From Octopus sinensis (Eukaryota): a DNA stretch of 23,890 bases. Below are positions 9,866 through 19,851 of this stretch, in pieces. The position numbers were made by a program, and so were the translations under genes. How positions within the stretch are numbered: position 1 is the stretch's first letter; each line of letters starts with the position of its first letter. The stretch is taken from the NCBI RefSeq assembly GCF_006345805.1, contig NW_021836551.1, positions 1 through 23,890 on the forward strand, given 5' to 3'. The notes under the pieces were generated by a model. It searched no databases. It saw nothing but the letters and a program-made list of their open reading frames with translations, and was not told where the DNA came from.

Positions 9866-9971
9866 ACTTTCACCTAATTAAATACACTTTCCCTTACTTA
9901 AATTATTTGGTCAGCATTTTCTTCATTTCCTTTTTTTATATATCACAACTCATGTTCCACATCTCCTTTTT

Positions 9972-10016
<45 letters not shown>

Positions 10017-10019
<3 letters not shown>

Positions 10020-10104
10020 AGCATAAATTATTTAGAGAACATAGAAATTCATTTTTACAATTACATAATTTAAGCGATATAGTTATTAGTACTATTAGTG
10101 TTAT
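10017..10104 (+). repeat. ~88-bp AT-rich module, copy 2 of 3
   Basis: Direct repeat of 7259-7345, flanked by (TA)n. Confidence 0.9.
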
Positions 10105-10152
10105 TTACATATGTATGTATAAATATATATATATTATATATATATATATATA

Positions 10153-11727
10153 CAGTTGCGGCCAAAATGTTCAGAACGGCATTGTTTTCGTCAGAAAAGT
10201 AGGCATAAGTTTTTATCAAAGTTGTTTTATATTCTATAATTTTCACAGAGAATAAATACGATATTAATTATTATTGGTGTAATTTGAGAGGATAATACAA
10301 AAGTTATGGATGATTTAGTGATTTACTGCAAAACCCATGGTGGCCAAAATAATCAGAACGGTTGAAAAAATAACAAAATAATCAAAAATGACAGAGAATA
10401 CTGGAATTATTTAATATTTAGTGTGAAGCCCTTTAGCTTCAATCACACTTTGACATCTTCGACTGCATGAGGAAATTAAATTTTCACTTTCTTGCTGGGT
10501 GATCTTATTCCATTCTTCCCTAAGGGCATTCCATAATTGCTCGGTTGTTTTAGGATTTCTGGCTTTCGAATGTTCTCCTAGAATATTCCACACATTTTCA
10601 ATAGGACTGAGATCTGGGCTTTGAGCAGGCCAATCCATAACAATAATCTTTTCAGTCTTGAGAAAGTTCATGACCACCTTAGCCTTGTGACATGGGGCAT
10701 TGTCCTGCATGAATATGGGTGGTCGCTTAGTTGAATTTCTCAGCACAGGCAAGACATGATCTTTTACAAGTTGTTTATAAACTCCTGCATTTACCTTTCC
10801 ATGTAATCGACCAAAGGGCCCAAACCATCTCCAGATATCATCCCACAAACCATGACACTTTCTCCACCGAATTTAGTCTTAAGGCATTTAGGCGACAATT
10901 TTTCACCTAATTTTCCCATCTGAGCCAAATAACTTAGAATCATCACGGAAATGCACCGTTTGTCATTTTTCTTGAGACCACAACACATGTTCGGTTGCAA
11001 AGGTAAGATGACACTTTTTATTCTTGGAGCTGATCAGTGGCTTCACTGCAGGTGCTCTTGCTTGTAGGTCATGTTCAACTAAACGACGAGACAGTTTTTC
11101 GAGATAAAGTTTTCTTCAGTACAATGCTCATTTCCAGAGAAACAGCAGCAGCAGTTTTAAATCTGTCCTTTTTAACCAACTTTACCATAGCACGATCTTT
11201 CTCTCTGGTCGTTTTTCTTGGCCTACCTGTAGACTCTCTTGCTTCACATGAACCACAATCTCGTAGACCTAAGAATACCGTGAACAACTTTTCACTTGTT
11301 AACAATCTTAGCAATAGACCCAATACTTAAATTATCCTTCTTTCGAAGCTTAATAATCTGCTGACGAATTGGTAACAGAGTAAGTGGCATTATATTAACA
11401 AAGTACACTGCAGATATTCTTACTAATGTTTAGTAAACGAACCGTCAGGTAAACAAGTTCAAAACATTAGAGTTCACCGGTTAAATATACTAAAACACGG
11501 AGTAAAAGCAACCGTTCTGATCATTTTGGCCATGGGTTTTGCAGTAAATCACTAAATCATCCATAACTTTTGTATTATCCTCTCAAATTACACCAAAATC
11601 TCAGACAATAACAATTAATATCGTATTTATTGTCTGAAAATTATAGAAACTAAAACAACTTTGATAAAAACTTATACCTACATTTCTGACAAAAACAATG
11701 CCGTTCTGAACATTTTGGCCGCAACTG
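10153..11727 (-). mobile_element. Full-length, decayed Tc1-family DNA transposon (IR/DR type)
   Basis: TA|CAGTTGCGGCC...GGCCGCAACTG|TA; long TIRs 10153-10364 and 11509-11727, each carrying outer and inner direct repeats GGCCAAAAT(GT/AA)TCAGAACGG; inserted in (TA)n. Confidence 0.95.
10411..11390 (-). pseudogene. Tc1 transposase, frameshifted, DD34E
   Basis: ATG at 11390 (MPLTLLPIRQQIIKLRK), GRPRKTT, HFRDDSK (degenerate DES), FMQDNAPCH, WPAQSPDLSPIENVW with 34 residues between the second D and E; several stops and frameshifts. Confidence 0.93.
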
Positions 11728-11765
<38 letters not shown>

Positions 11766-11789
11766 CGTGTGGTATGTGTATATATACAG

Positions 11790-11877
11790 TTAAGCATAAA
11801 TTATTTAGAGGACATAGAAATCTATTTTTACAATTACATAATTTAAGAGCTATAGTTATTAGTACTATTTGTGTTAT
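11790..11877 (+). repeat. ~88-bp AT-rich module, copy 3 of 3
   Basis: Direct repeat of 7259-7345 and 10017-10104. Confidence 0.9.
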
Positions 11878-11884
11878 TCATATA

Positions 11885-12000
11885 TGGTAGAGACGGTTAA
11901 CTATTGTTAGATTTGACAGAATTATCCAAGGTGCCATGCAGTGGGACTGAACCCAGAACTGTGTAGTTGGTAAGCAAGCTACTTACAGCTACTCCTGCAC
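11885..12000 (-). mobile_element. tRNA-derived SINE head (family of 6628-6800)
   Basis: CCAAGGTGCCATGCAGTGGGACTGAACCC is the reverse complement of the 6628-6800 head region. Confidence 0.7.
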
Positions 12001-12018
12001 CTATATATATATATATAT

Positions 12019-12051
<33 letters not shown>

Positions 12052-12704
12052 AAGTGGGTGTGTATAGATATATAGATGTGTATGTGTGTATAAACACCTG
12101 TCACTTCTCTGTCCATAGTACCAGTGAACAGCTGTAATCACTTGAGAGCAGAATTAACACACACACATTTCCTCCTCTCTTTATGCTTCTAGTTTATCCC
12201 CCACACACACATACACACTATTTCCACCAATCGTTACCACCTTTCTCTGCTTTCAACTATCTCTCATTCACTCTCCTCTGCCATCCTTCATTTTAACACT
12301 CCTCATATCTTCTACTATTCTCAACACCCTTCCACATCTGCCATCATGCTTCACTCACCATTCTTTCCCCCCACCCACTGCTTCTACACCTGGCACATCT
12401 CCCAACCACCTTCCAAATCATCCCCCTACCTTTCTAATCTATCCTCCCTCCTTGAACCACTTCTATCCCTCTCTCTCACCCACCTCCATACTTGTATCTC
12501 CCATCCCTGCACTTTCACCTTCATTCGTCACTCCCTACAATCACCTCTACCTCCCCCCATCTCTAACCATATGTTACTCTCCCCTCACATCACCTTTGTC
12601 CATCTTATGATCATCTGGAATCAGGTCACCAACATCTCCATCCCCTGTCCAGTCGCTCTCACCCCAGCCCTGTGTAATGTGGAGTAGCCATATATCTCCT
12701 CCAT

Positions 12705-12868
12705 GGCCCACTACACTCTCAGAGTGGTTGGCGTTAGGAAGGGCATCCAGCTGTAGAAACTCTGCCAGATCAAGACTGGAGCCTGGTACAGCCATTTGGT
12801 TCACCAGCCCTCAGTCAAATCGTCCAACCCATGCTAGCATGGAAAGTGGATGTTAAATGATGATGATG
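12705..12868 (+). mobile_element. Short 3'-tail copy of the RTE LINE family
   Basis: GTGGTTGGCGTTAGGAAGGGCATCCAGCTGTAGAAAC...CCCATGCTAGCATGGAAAGTGGATGTTAAA(TGA)n. Confidence 0.88.
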
Positions 12869-13023
12869 GCACGACACCTAGGCTTGTCCCACAACCATAC
12901 TTCAGCCTCTAACCACCCCTCAATATCTCATCCCTCCACCCATCACTTTGTTGAGTAGTCTTTTTAGTTATTCCGTTCTTTGTTACTTGCCGACCTTACT
13001 AGTGTTGGCGCCACATAAAAGGC

Positions 13024-13177
13024 ACTCAGTGGTTGGCATTAGGAAGGGCAGGCAGCCATGGGATCTGTGCCAGAACAAAGATTGGAACTGGATACAGCCC
13101 TGTGACTTGCAGCAGTCTGTGAAACAGTCCGACTCAAGCCAGCATGGAAAATGGATGTTAAATAAAGATGATGATGC
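13024..13177 (+). mobile_element. Older 3'-tail copy of the RTE LINE family
   Basis: GTGGTTGGCATTAGGAAGGGCA...GCCAGCATGGAAAATGGATGTTAAA...GATGATGATG. Confidence 0.75.
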
Positions 13178-13342
13178 TGACAGAATGGAGGAAATAAAAT
13201 GGAAAAGACTGAACATTCAGAATTATCATTCATCAAACAATAAAAGAAATAACAAACAAAATACTTTTCAGTCATGGGACAGGATTCAACATGGCCACAA
13301 TAAAACTGAAAGCTTTTCTCTCGCTTACTCACACACATTTTT

Positions 13343-13735
13343 CATTATTATTATTATTATTATCATCATTATTATTATCCAGATCACTGCCTGAAATCGA
13401 ACTCGGAATCTTGGTGTTAGTAGCCTGCACTCTTAACCACTATGCCATATGCCCGTGGGTTAGTGGTTAAGTGGGCGTAGTGGTTAAGAGCGCAGGCTAC
13501 TAACCCCAAGATTCCGAGTTTGGTTCCAAGCAGTCACTTGAATAATAATAATAACATCGAAAAATACCTTAGGAATGAGAACCCAGGTTCAAAATTTCCC
13601 CAAGACACCTGATGAAGGCTGGAGGGTATACCAACCGAAACGTTGTGTTAACAACAAACAAGAAGAGGACAAATATTAGTCAAATGTAAATAATGTAAAT
13701 GTACATAATTCCTCATCTCTAAAATATAAAACAAA
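13343..13735 (+). mobile_element. Palindromic twin tRNA-like element with downstream hammerhead motif
   Basis: (ATT)n, inverted tRNA-like arms 13386-13446 / 13474-13534 (7 mismatches in 61 nt by my count), (AAT)n, then the hammerhead-like motif and a GTAAATAAT-type tail. Confidence 0.8.
13604..13649 (+). ncRNA. Minimal type-I hammerhead ribozyme motif
   Basis: GACAC-CTGATGA-A-GGCTGG-AGGGTATA-CCAACC-GAAA-CG-TT-GTGTT: 5-bp stem I (one G-U), 6-bp stem II (one mismatch), palindromic ACGU stem III, predicted GUU cleavage after 13644. Confidence 0.7.
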
Positions 13736-13880
13736 TACAGGTTAGTCTTGATTTCCTCTCTTTTCTACATTGCATATGTTGAACAAAATAGAGTTGAGAG
13801 CTGTTTCAATACAATAACCTGTGATTAACAAGGGTCACAAAAACTCAGCCAATCAAATCACTCATTATCTGTTTCTGAAT

Positions 13881-14035
13881 TATCATCGTTGTTTAGCATC
13901 TACTTTCCATGCTGGCATGGGTTGGACGATTTGACTGAGGACCAGCAAGCCAAGCGGCTGCACCAGGCTCCAATCTGATCTGGCAAGGTTTCCTAATGCC
14001 AACCACTCCACGAGTGTAGTGGGTACTTTTTACGT
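13881..14035 (-). mobile_element. Short 3'-tail copy of the RTE LINE family
   Basis: TACTTTCCATGCTGGCATGGGTTGGACGATTTGACTGAGG...TTCCTAATGCCAACCACTCC. Confidence 0.85.
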
Positions 14036-14396
14036 AAAATAAAATGGGCTTGAAGGCACAATTGCACCCGCGGACGGGGGTTTCCCCACCCCTGGTGTAT
14101 ATAGTCAGGCTCACCTTTCAATAATGGCAAGAACAATTTTATGCGAAGGGTTATTAAAATTAAAATCTTTCCAAATGATAGAGGGGGTTTGGGTGATGCT
14201 GGAAAGCAATAACAATAGGGCTGATGAGGTATTTTGCATATCCTTATTACCATTCAACCAGTCCTTCCTTTGGATTTAGTAAACACTAATCCATCTTTTG
14301 AAGACATCGATTAGTTCTATCTCCCAATGAATTAAAACCTTTCTATAAATTCTTGCCTAACAGATTTTCCCTTTATTTCTGCAACACCAAACCTTT

Positions 14397-14624
14397 TTAA
14401 CCCCTTCAATACCAACCTGGCTGAAATTGGCTCTGGCTCTGTGTAAAAATGTCTTGTTTTCTTAAGTTTTGAATTAAAATCTCCCACCAAACCTTAGTCA
14501 CAATTTATGCTCCTAACACTAACTTAATGATAACCAAGTTATTTTACTAAATTCTTTGTTATATTTTAAGTAATTGGAAGAAACACAGAGCATCTCAAAA
14601 TAAATACAGTAATGAAAGGGTTAA
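14397..14624. mobile_element. TTAA-flanked MITE (piggyBac-like)
   Basis: TTAA|CCCCTTCAATAC ... GTAATGAAAGGG|TTAA imperfect terminal inverted repeats. Confidence 0.65.
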
Positions 14625-14689
14625 AAGTTGAAAATTCAGTTTCCTAATCTACAGCCTTACTTTCACTTTAGTTCATACAATATTACAGG

Positions 14690-14805
14690 AAGAGCATCCA
14701 ACCATTAAAACTACGCCAAAGCAGACACTGGAGTTTGGTGCAGTTCTCTGACTTGTCACCTCCTGTCAGGCATCCAACTCTTGCTATGGAAGACAGTAAA
14801 TGATG
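14690..14805 (+). mobile_element. Highly degenerate RTE-tail copy
   Basis: AGGAAGAGCATCCAACC...GCTATGGAAGACAGTAAATGATGA. Confidence 0.5.
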
Positions 14806-14832
14806 AACCTACGCAAGATTATAGTTAATATT

Positions 14833-15064
14833 AAGGCGGCGAACTGGCAGAAACGTTAGCACACCGGGCAAAATGCTTAACGGTATTTCGTCTGCTGCTA
14901 CGTTCTGAGTTCAAATTCCGCCGAGGTCGACTTTGCCTTTCATCTTTTCGGGATCGATTAAATAAGTACCAGTTATGCACTGGGGTTGATATAATCAACT
15001 TAATCCATTTGTCTGTCCTTGTTTATCCCCTCTCTGTGTTTAGCCCCTTGTGGATAGTAAAGAA
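14833..15064 (+). mobile_element. tRNA-derived SINE with 14-bp target-site duplication
   Basis: Head AAGGCGGCGAACTGGCAGAAACGTTAG, B-box GAGTTCAAATTCC; AGATTATAGTTAAT at 14816-14829 and 15067-15080. Confidence 0.88.
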
Positions 15065-15104
15065 TTAGATTATAGTTAATTCACATTAATTTGTAAAAAG
15101 CATG

Positions 15105-15300
15105 GGGCCCATTTCCCAGCTTCTTGGGCATATACATATTCCTCCCTGGATGGCAGTCCATCAGAATTACTCATTTTTACAGCTGAGTAAACTGAGCAAC
15201 ATGAAATGAAGTGTTTTGCTCAAGAACACAATATGTTGCCTGGTCCAGGAATTGAAACTACAATCTTACAATCACTAGTCCTACACCCTAACCCATGAAC
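15105..15300 (-). mobile_element. tRNA-derived SINE (third family), decayed
   Basis: GGAATTGAAAC (reverse B-box-like) and CTCATTTTTACAGCTGAGT...TGAAGTGTTTTGCTCAAG(A)ACAC core-like segment. Confidence 0.6.
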
Positions 15301-15309
15301 CTCCATACA

Positions 15310-15625
15310 AGGTTATAATCCATGTCAAATGCTCAAACATCTCTCATTCAAATCCTTCATTATTTTGGAACATAATCAGCCATGTGCCATTTCTTGGAAC
15401 CATCCAAGTTCCTTAGTGAACCTCTTTATGTTCAAAGAAGGTTTTAAAGTCAACTTCTGTGGAAATCTGTAGCAAAAGCAAACCACTGGAATTTGGCTTT
15501 CATGGTTTTATCCCAGAATATCCTAAACAATTCCATATTTCAACATTTTCACATAATCACATGTTAAAGTCATCAAGAATAACTACTTTATCTCTTCCTA
15601 GAATTCTCTAAACTATGTTCTTTGA
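15310..15625 (-). mobile_element. RTE-clade LINE AP-endonuclease relic
   Basis: Minus strand reads RDKVVILDDFN (15563-15590), NSSGLLLL, TFFEHKEVH*GTWMVPR, then KWHMADYV after a frameshift. This matches the order GDFN...NSNGLLLL...HKxTWMHPR...WHxIDY of RTE endonucleases. Confidence 0.75.
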
Positions 15626-15680
15626 TTGCTCATAACACAAACTTTTGCCATCATCAGAACCATTCATTACTGGTGCATAA

Positions 15681-16222
15681 ATCATCATCATCCTCGTTTA
15701 ATGTCTGCTTTCCATGCTAGCATGGGTTGGACAATTTTGACTGAGGGCTGGCGAACCAGATGGCTGCATCAGGCTTCAGACTTGATCTGGCAGAGTTTCT
15801 ATAGCTGGATGCCCTTCCTAACGCCAACCACTCCAAGAGTGTAGTGGGTGCTTTTATGTACCACTGGCATGAGGCCAGTCAGGCGGTACTGGTAATGACC
15901 ATGCTCGAACCTTTTACACATGCCACCAGCACAGGTGCCAGTAAGGCGATGCTGTTAACGATCACGCTCGAATGGTGTCTTTTACGTACCACCGGCACGG
16001 AGGCCAGATAGCCGTTCTGGCAACGATCGCACTTGGATGGTGCTCTTAATACCCTACTAGCATGGGGCTCAAGTGCCAGTAAGGCGACGCTGGTAACAAT
16101 CATGCTCGAATGGTGCCTTTTAAGTGTCTCTGAAGAAGCCGGTTAGCCGCTCTGTCAATGATCACATTCATATGGTGCTCTTTGCACCCTGCTAGCACTG
16201 ACGCCAGTCATCGAATTTGATT
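15681..16222 (-). mobile_element. RTE 3'-UTR copy including about six ~60-bp tandem units
   Basis: (CAT)n tail, conserved tail core and repeats GGTGC.TTTTA..T.CCAC.GGCA...GCCAGT...G.AACGATCA.GCTCG, homologous to 21885-22140. Confidence 0.88.
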
Positions 16223-16401
16223 CGCAGAATAACCACAGACATTAACCTACACACAAGTCATAGGGAAACTGCAACCAGCAGGACTTCCTGAACAGCATGC
16301 CTAACAAAGAAGTTTTCTTGAATTCTTTTAGTAGAGTGGTCTGCCTGATCACAGGCCGTGTCAGGTACAGCCAACTTCACAAAGAAAAGCCTGTCCATGA
16401 T

Positions 16402-16625
16402 TTAACTCTTTAGCATTCAAATTACCGTGAGCAAAGTGATGCTTGTTGATCCACATTGCTTTGAACTATGTTTTATCTTTTGGTTTTGAGATTTTGATGA
16501 TGTGATTGTTTATTTTTAGAATGATATTTTAGAGAAGGTGTGAGAGACCAGATTTGACCAGTTTGAACTGAAAACAGGTAGAATATTTGGGCCTGATATG
16601 GTCAGTTTAAATGTGAAAGGGTTAA
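16402..16625. mobile_element. TTAA-flanked MITE (piggyBac-like)
   Basis: TTAA|CTCTTTAGCATTCAAA ... TTTAAATGTGAAAGGG|TTAA imperfect terminal inverted repeats. Confidence 0.65.
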
Positions 16626-17044
16626 GCCTTTAATTCAGTAAGACATGATGCTGGCTTCATTGCAAAATTCATTCCAGACTCCCTTCTCTGATTATCATCT
16701 TTTCCATATAAATAAAAAATAGTGCAACCTCTTCTTCCTCACCAGAAAAATAGATCTCAGATAAGGCCACAATACATTTTGTAAGCTCCAAAGAAAATAA
16801 AGCATTTTTTTTTTATTTCAGCAGATGTCTTCATAAAAATCATGGTTCTTACAGTCTAACAATCATGTATGTGCTTTTTGACAATCACCTAATAACAACT
16901 AGACCCAGTTGCCGTTTTGGGAATCCCTACCAAACCAAATCTGTGCGTTTGAATTTCACAAGCCCCTTTTACCATTTACATTTCTCGAGGGTCATATTTT
17001 TTCATAAACATCAGTGACACACACAGGCAATATATGGCTGGTGT

Positions 17045-17270
17045 TTTGAGACTAGTACCAGCTAAACATATAAGGGGACAAACAAGGACAGACAAAGGGA
17101 TTAAGTCAGTTACATTGACCCCAGTATGCAACTGGTACTTATTTAATCGACCCTGAAAGGATGAAAGGCAAAGTTGACCTTGGTGGAATTTGAACTCAGA
17201 ATGTAAAGACAGTCAAAATACTGCTAAGCATTTCGCCCGGCGTGCTAACATTTCTGCCAGCTCACTGCCT
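17045..17270 (-). mobile_element. tRNA-derived SINE (same family as 14833-15064)
   Basis: Reverse complement of the 14833 copy: GGAATTTGAACTCAGAA, TGCTAACATTTCTGCCAGCTCACTGCCTT. Confidence 0.88.
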
Positions 17271-17515
17271 TTCAGCACCAGCTATATATTGTCTAAATGA
17301 ATATGTTACCCAAAACCTTTCCAAAAAAATATCTGGGAATTTTAAGACAATTCCACACAAAACAAGATGACCTTCTGTGGATGAAATGTAAACTGTCCAA
17401 GATAAAAGGGAGCTGTGGCTTTCACAGCAGAGCATTGCTCCTTTTGGTCATCTCAGATACTTTTATCCATGCACTGTTGCTAAGCAGCTGTCGACCCTTA
17501 CATTAGGTTCCCCTG

Positions 17516-17634
17516 TACTGGTAACGGATCTCATTTTGTCCTTCTGGCAGCCATCTTTCTTCACGCTATCCTTATAGGAGTGGTAGCTTAGTCACAAATG
17601 TTGTGACCACATAATGGCTTACACGTTACCAGTA
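17516..17634. mobile_element. Candidate ~120-bp MITE
   Basis: Perfect 11-bp terminal inverted repeat TACTGGTAACG / CGTTACCAGTA; internal palindrome GTCACA..TGTGAC. Confidence 0.45.
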
Positions 17635-17657
17635 GCATAGCATATTGTAAAGACTCA

Positions 17658-17664
<7 letters not shown>

Positions 17665-17692
<28 letters not shown>

Positions 17693-17722
17693 CTACAGGC
17701 ACACACACATATACACGCACAC

Positions 17723-17785
<63 letters not shown>

Positions 17786-17827
17786 GCACACACATATACA
17801 CGCACACATATATATATATATATATAT

Positions 17828-17861
<34 letters not shown>

Positions 17862-17885
17862 CTATGGACACACACCCACACAAAT
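17665..17885. repeat. (TA)n/(CA)n compound microsatellite
   Basis: Visible runs; explains ORFs 17626-17929. Confidence 0.95.
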
Positions 17886-18399
17886 ATACAGGGTTCTTTT
17901 ATTATTTTTTTTGTATCAGACATATATAGGATCTAAAGCAATGATATATGTTAATTTCTAGAGAATTAGAGAATCTGTAAAAATACAAAAATCCTTCCCG
18001 TATTGTGCTTCTTCCTCCCCTCTCTTCAGATCTCGTTTCCTTTCTCATTTCCTGCATTCCACTTATTTTTCTATCCAGCATCAACAAAACTTATCTTGAA
18101 CAAATTTAACCTCATTAACTACAATCACAAACAACTGTTTCTTGTTAAATTTTTGTTTGTAGCTCATTTTCTAAAATTAAATTGAAATCCCGTCCTTAAG
18201 ACTGATTCATGCCTTCCACCATGTTTCCCCTCCTCCTCTATATCTCTCTCGTTTTCTCTATCTCTGCACAAACTTGTTTATCATACATTTTCCCCACACA
18301 CATACACTCTTAAAATGCCTTCTAACAAAAACGTCCGTTCATCTGTCTGACTATCATGGATTTCTCTTGTATTACTCTTTTGTTCTTCTCATCCTCTCC

Positions 18400-19293
18400 C
18401 AGTAAACAAAGGAATATACATTTGGAAACAGCACAAAGAAGAGAGGGTCCTCATTAATGTTGCCAGGGAGAAAGACAGCCTCCCTGGTGCCAGTAAATGA
18501 ATGAAGAGAGATGTCTTTGGCAAAGAGCTCATTTTGCTGCAGAAGCTGACTCATGCTCACACTCTCCTCATTACAGAAGACATATTAAACAAGACTATGA
18601 CGCTAGAGAGTGGCACTTCAAGGCCAGGGTACCCACAAAACCCCCAGCTAGGAGCAGATACCCTGGTAGGCCTGTGGGAGCCTGATTTAGAAAATTTGCA
18701 AGAGAAACACCAAAACTCTGCAAGATAGGCTAACCAGGCCATCACTCATCCTATCAAGGATGTGGTGACAAATTAAATCATCATCATTGTTTAAAATCTA
18801 CTTTCCATGCTAGCATGGGTTGGACAATTTTGACTGAGGGCTGGCGAACCAGATGGCTGCATCAGGCTCCAATCTTGATCTGGCAGAGTTTCTACAGCTG
18901 GATGCCCTTCCTAACGCCAACTACTCCGAGAGTGTAGTGGGTGCTTTTTATGTGCCACTGGCATGGGGCCAGTCAAGCGGTACTGGCAACGACCTCTCTG
19001 GAATCTTTTACACATGCCACCGGCACAGGTGCCAGTAAGGCGATGCTGGCAACGATCACGCTCAAATGGTGCCCTTTTATGGTGCCCGGATATCACACAT
19101 TCTTTCTACAAGTCAGGAAAGACTTTACAAGAGATCTGAGAAAATGGACAAGGAGATATTCTATCTGAAATATTTTACCAATTGTCTCAATCCATGAGGA
19201 CTTTCATCGCACATCTTGGAACTTAAAAAAGGAGGGACCAATAATTCAGTTGGGGAATCTGGAACCAAAAATGGCAACTGTAACAGAACATGA
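18400..19293 (+). mobile_element. Helitron-type PIF1 helicase relic, split by an RTE-tail insertion
   Basis: 19180-19293 reads NCLNP*GLSSHILELKKG/PIIQLGNLEP/KNGNCNRT, matching the PIF1 stretch SLNPxGLPxHxLxLKxGxPIxLLRNLxPxNGLCNGT. Upstream weaker matches: VLINVA..DSLPGA, DVFGKELILL, PDLENLQ, QAI..KDV.DKLN. Confidence 0.65.
18777..19088 (-). mobile_element. RTE 3'-UTR copy with two to three tandem units
   Basis: Highly similar to 15681-15975. Confidence 0.88.
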
Positions 19294-19297
19294 TACA

Positions 19298-19415
19298 CAG
19301 TGTGTCCATAAAGTCGTGGTGGAATTTTAAAACGATTTATGTAACTTGGAACACAACACATTTCAACAAGTTTCATCAATCGTTTTAAAATCCCTCCATC
19401 ACTTTAGACACCCTC
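19298..19415. mobile_element. Tc1/mariner-type MITE
   Basis: Imperfect ~38-bp inverted termini CAGTGTGTCCATAAAGT..GGAATTTTAAAACGAT / ATCGTTTTAAAATCCCTCCATCACTTTAGACACCCTC. Confidence 0.6.
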
Positions 19416-19479
19416 TTTACTCTTTTTCACGTTTCAGTTATTTCACTGTAGCCATGCTGGAGCACTGCCTTTAGTCCAC

Positions 19480-19650
19480 AGTCCACTCAGGCTTGAGTCG
19501 GATGAGTGAGCTCACCTACAGAGTTTGGGAAGATCTCACCTCATATGTTTTATTTTAGCATGGTTTCTAAGGTCGGTTGCCCTTCCTAACACTAACCACT
19601 TCACAAAAAGTATTGGATCCCTTTCCATACTGCCAGCACCAAAGCAGTAG
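19480..19650 (-). mobile_element. Old RTE-tail-related copy
   Basis: GGTTTCTAAGGTCGGTTGCCCTTCCTAACACTAACCAC resembles the tail core. Confidence 0.5.
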
Positions 19651-19851
19651 CCAAGTCCCTGTCACAGCCCCATGTTTTTGCTCACCGATCTACATCTTTA
19701 CAGATGCAAGAAAAGTGATTTGAGTAGTGTGGGTTGGGGCGTGGCAAATGGAAAGGAGGTGGGTTCTGTACCAAAGAGCTGCATAAAGAAGTGATGAGAT
19801 CTTGATTGGAAGCTGGCATCATGTCAGAATGAAGTTTAATACATACAAATA

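Larger units (their letters stand above)
7461..9940 (-). mobile_element. 5'-truncated Penelope-like retroelement with inverted pseudo-LTR arms
   Basis: Internal RT + GIY-YIG ORF; left arm 7461-7750 is the reverse complement of 9098-9267 plus 9819-9940; flanked by (TA)n tracts. Confidence 0.88.

Noticed and set aside
7259-11877. CRISPR-like repeat-spacer array
   Set aside because: Repeats are ~88 bp with kilobase transposon spacers, in a eukaryotic context with no cas genes.
12240-12700. 113-aa ORF in a C/T-rich tract
   Set aside because: Low-complexity pyrimidine-rich sequence with no domain signal.
13386-13534. Functional tRNA genes
   Set aside because: The arms lack a proper acceptor stem and cloverleaf; treated as tRNA-derived heads.
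14050-14100. hAT-like terminus (reverse CAGGGGTGGGGAAAC)
   Set aside because: Only one end is seen, with no partner or target-site duplication.
14220-14250. CTGATGAG as a hammerhead core
   Set aside because: No downstream GAAA or supporting stems.
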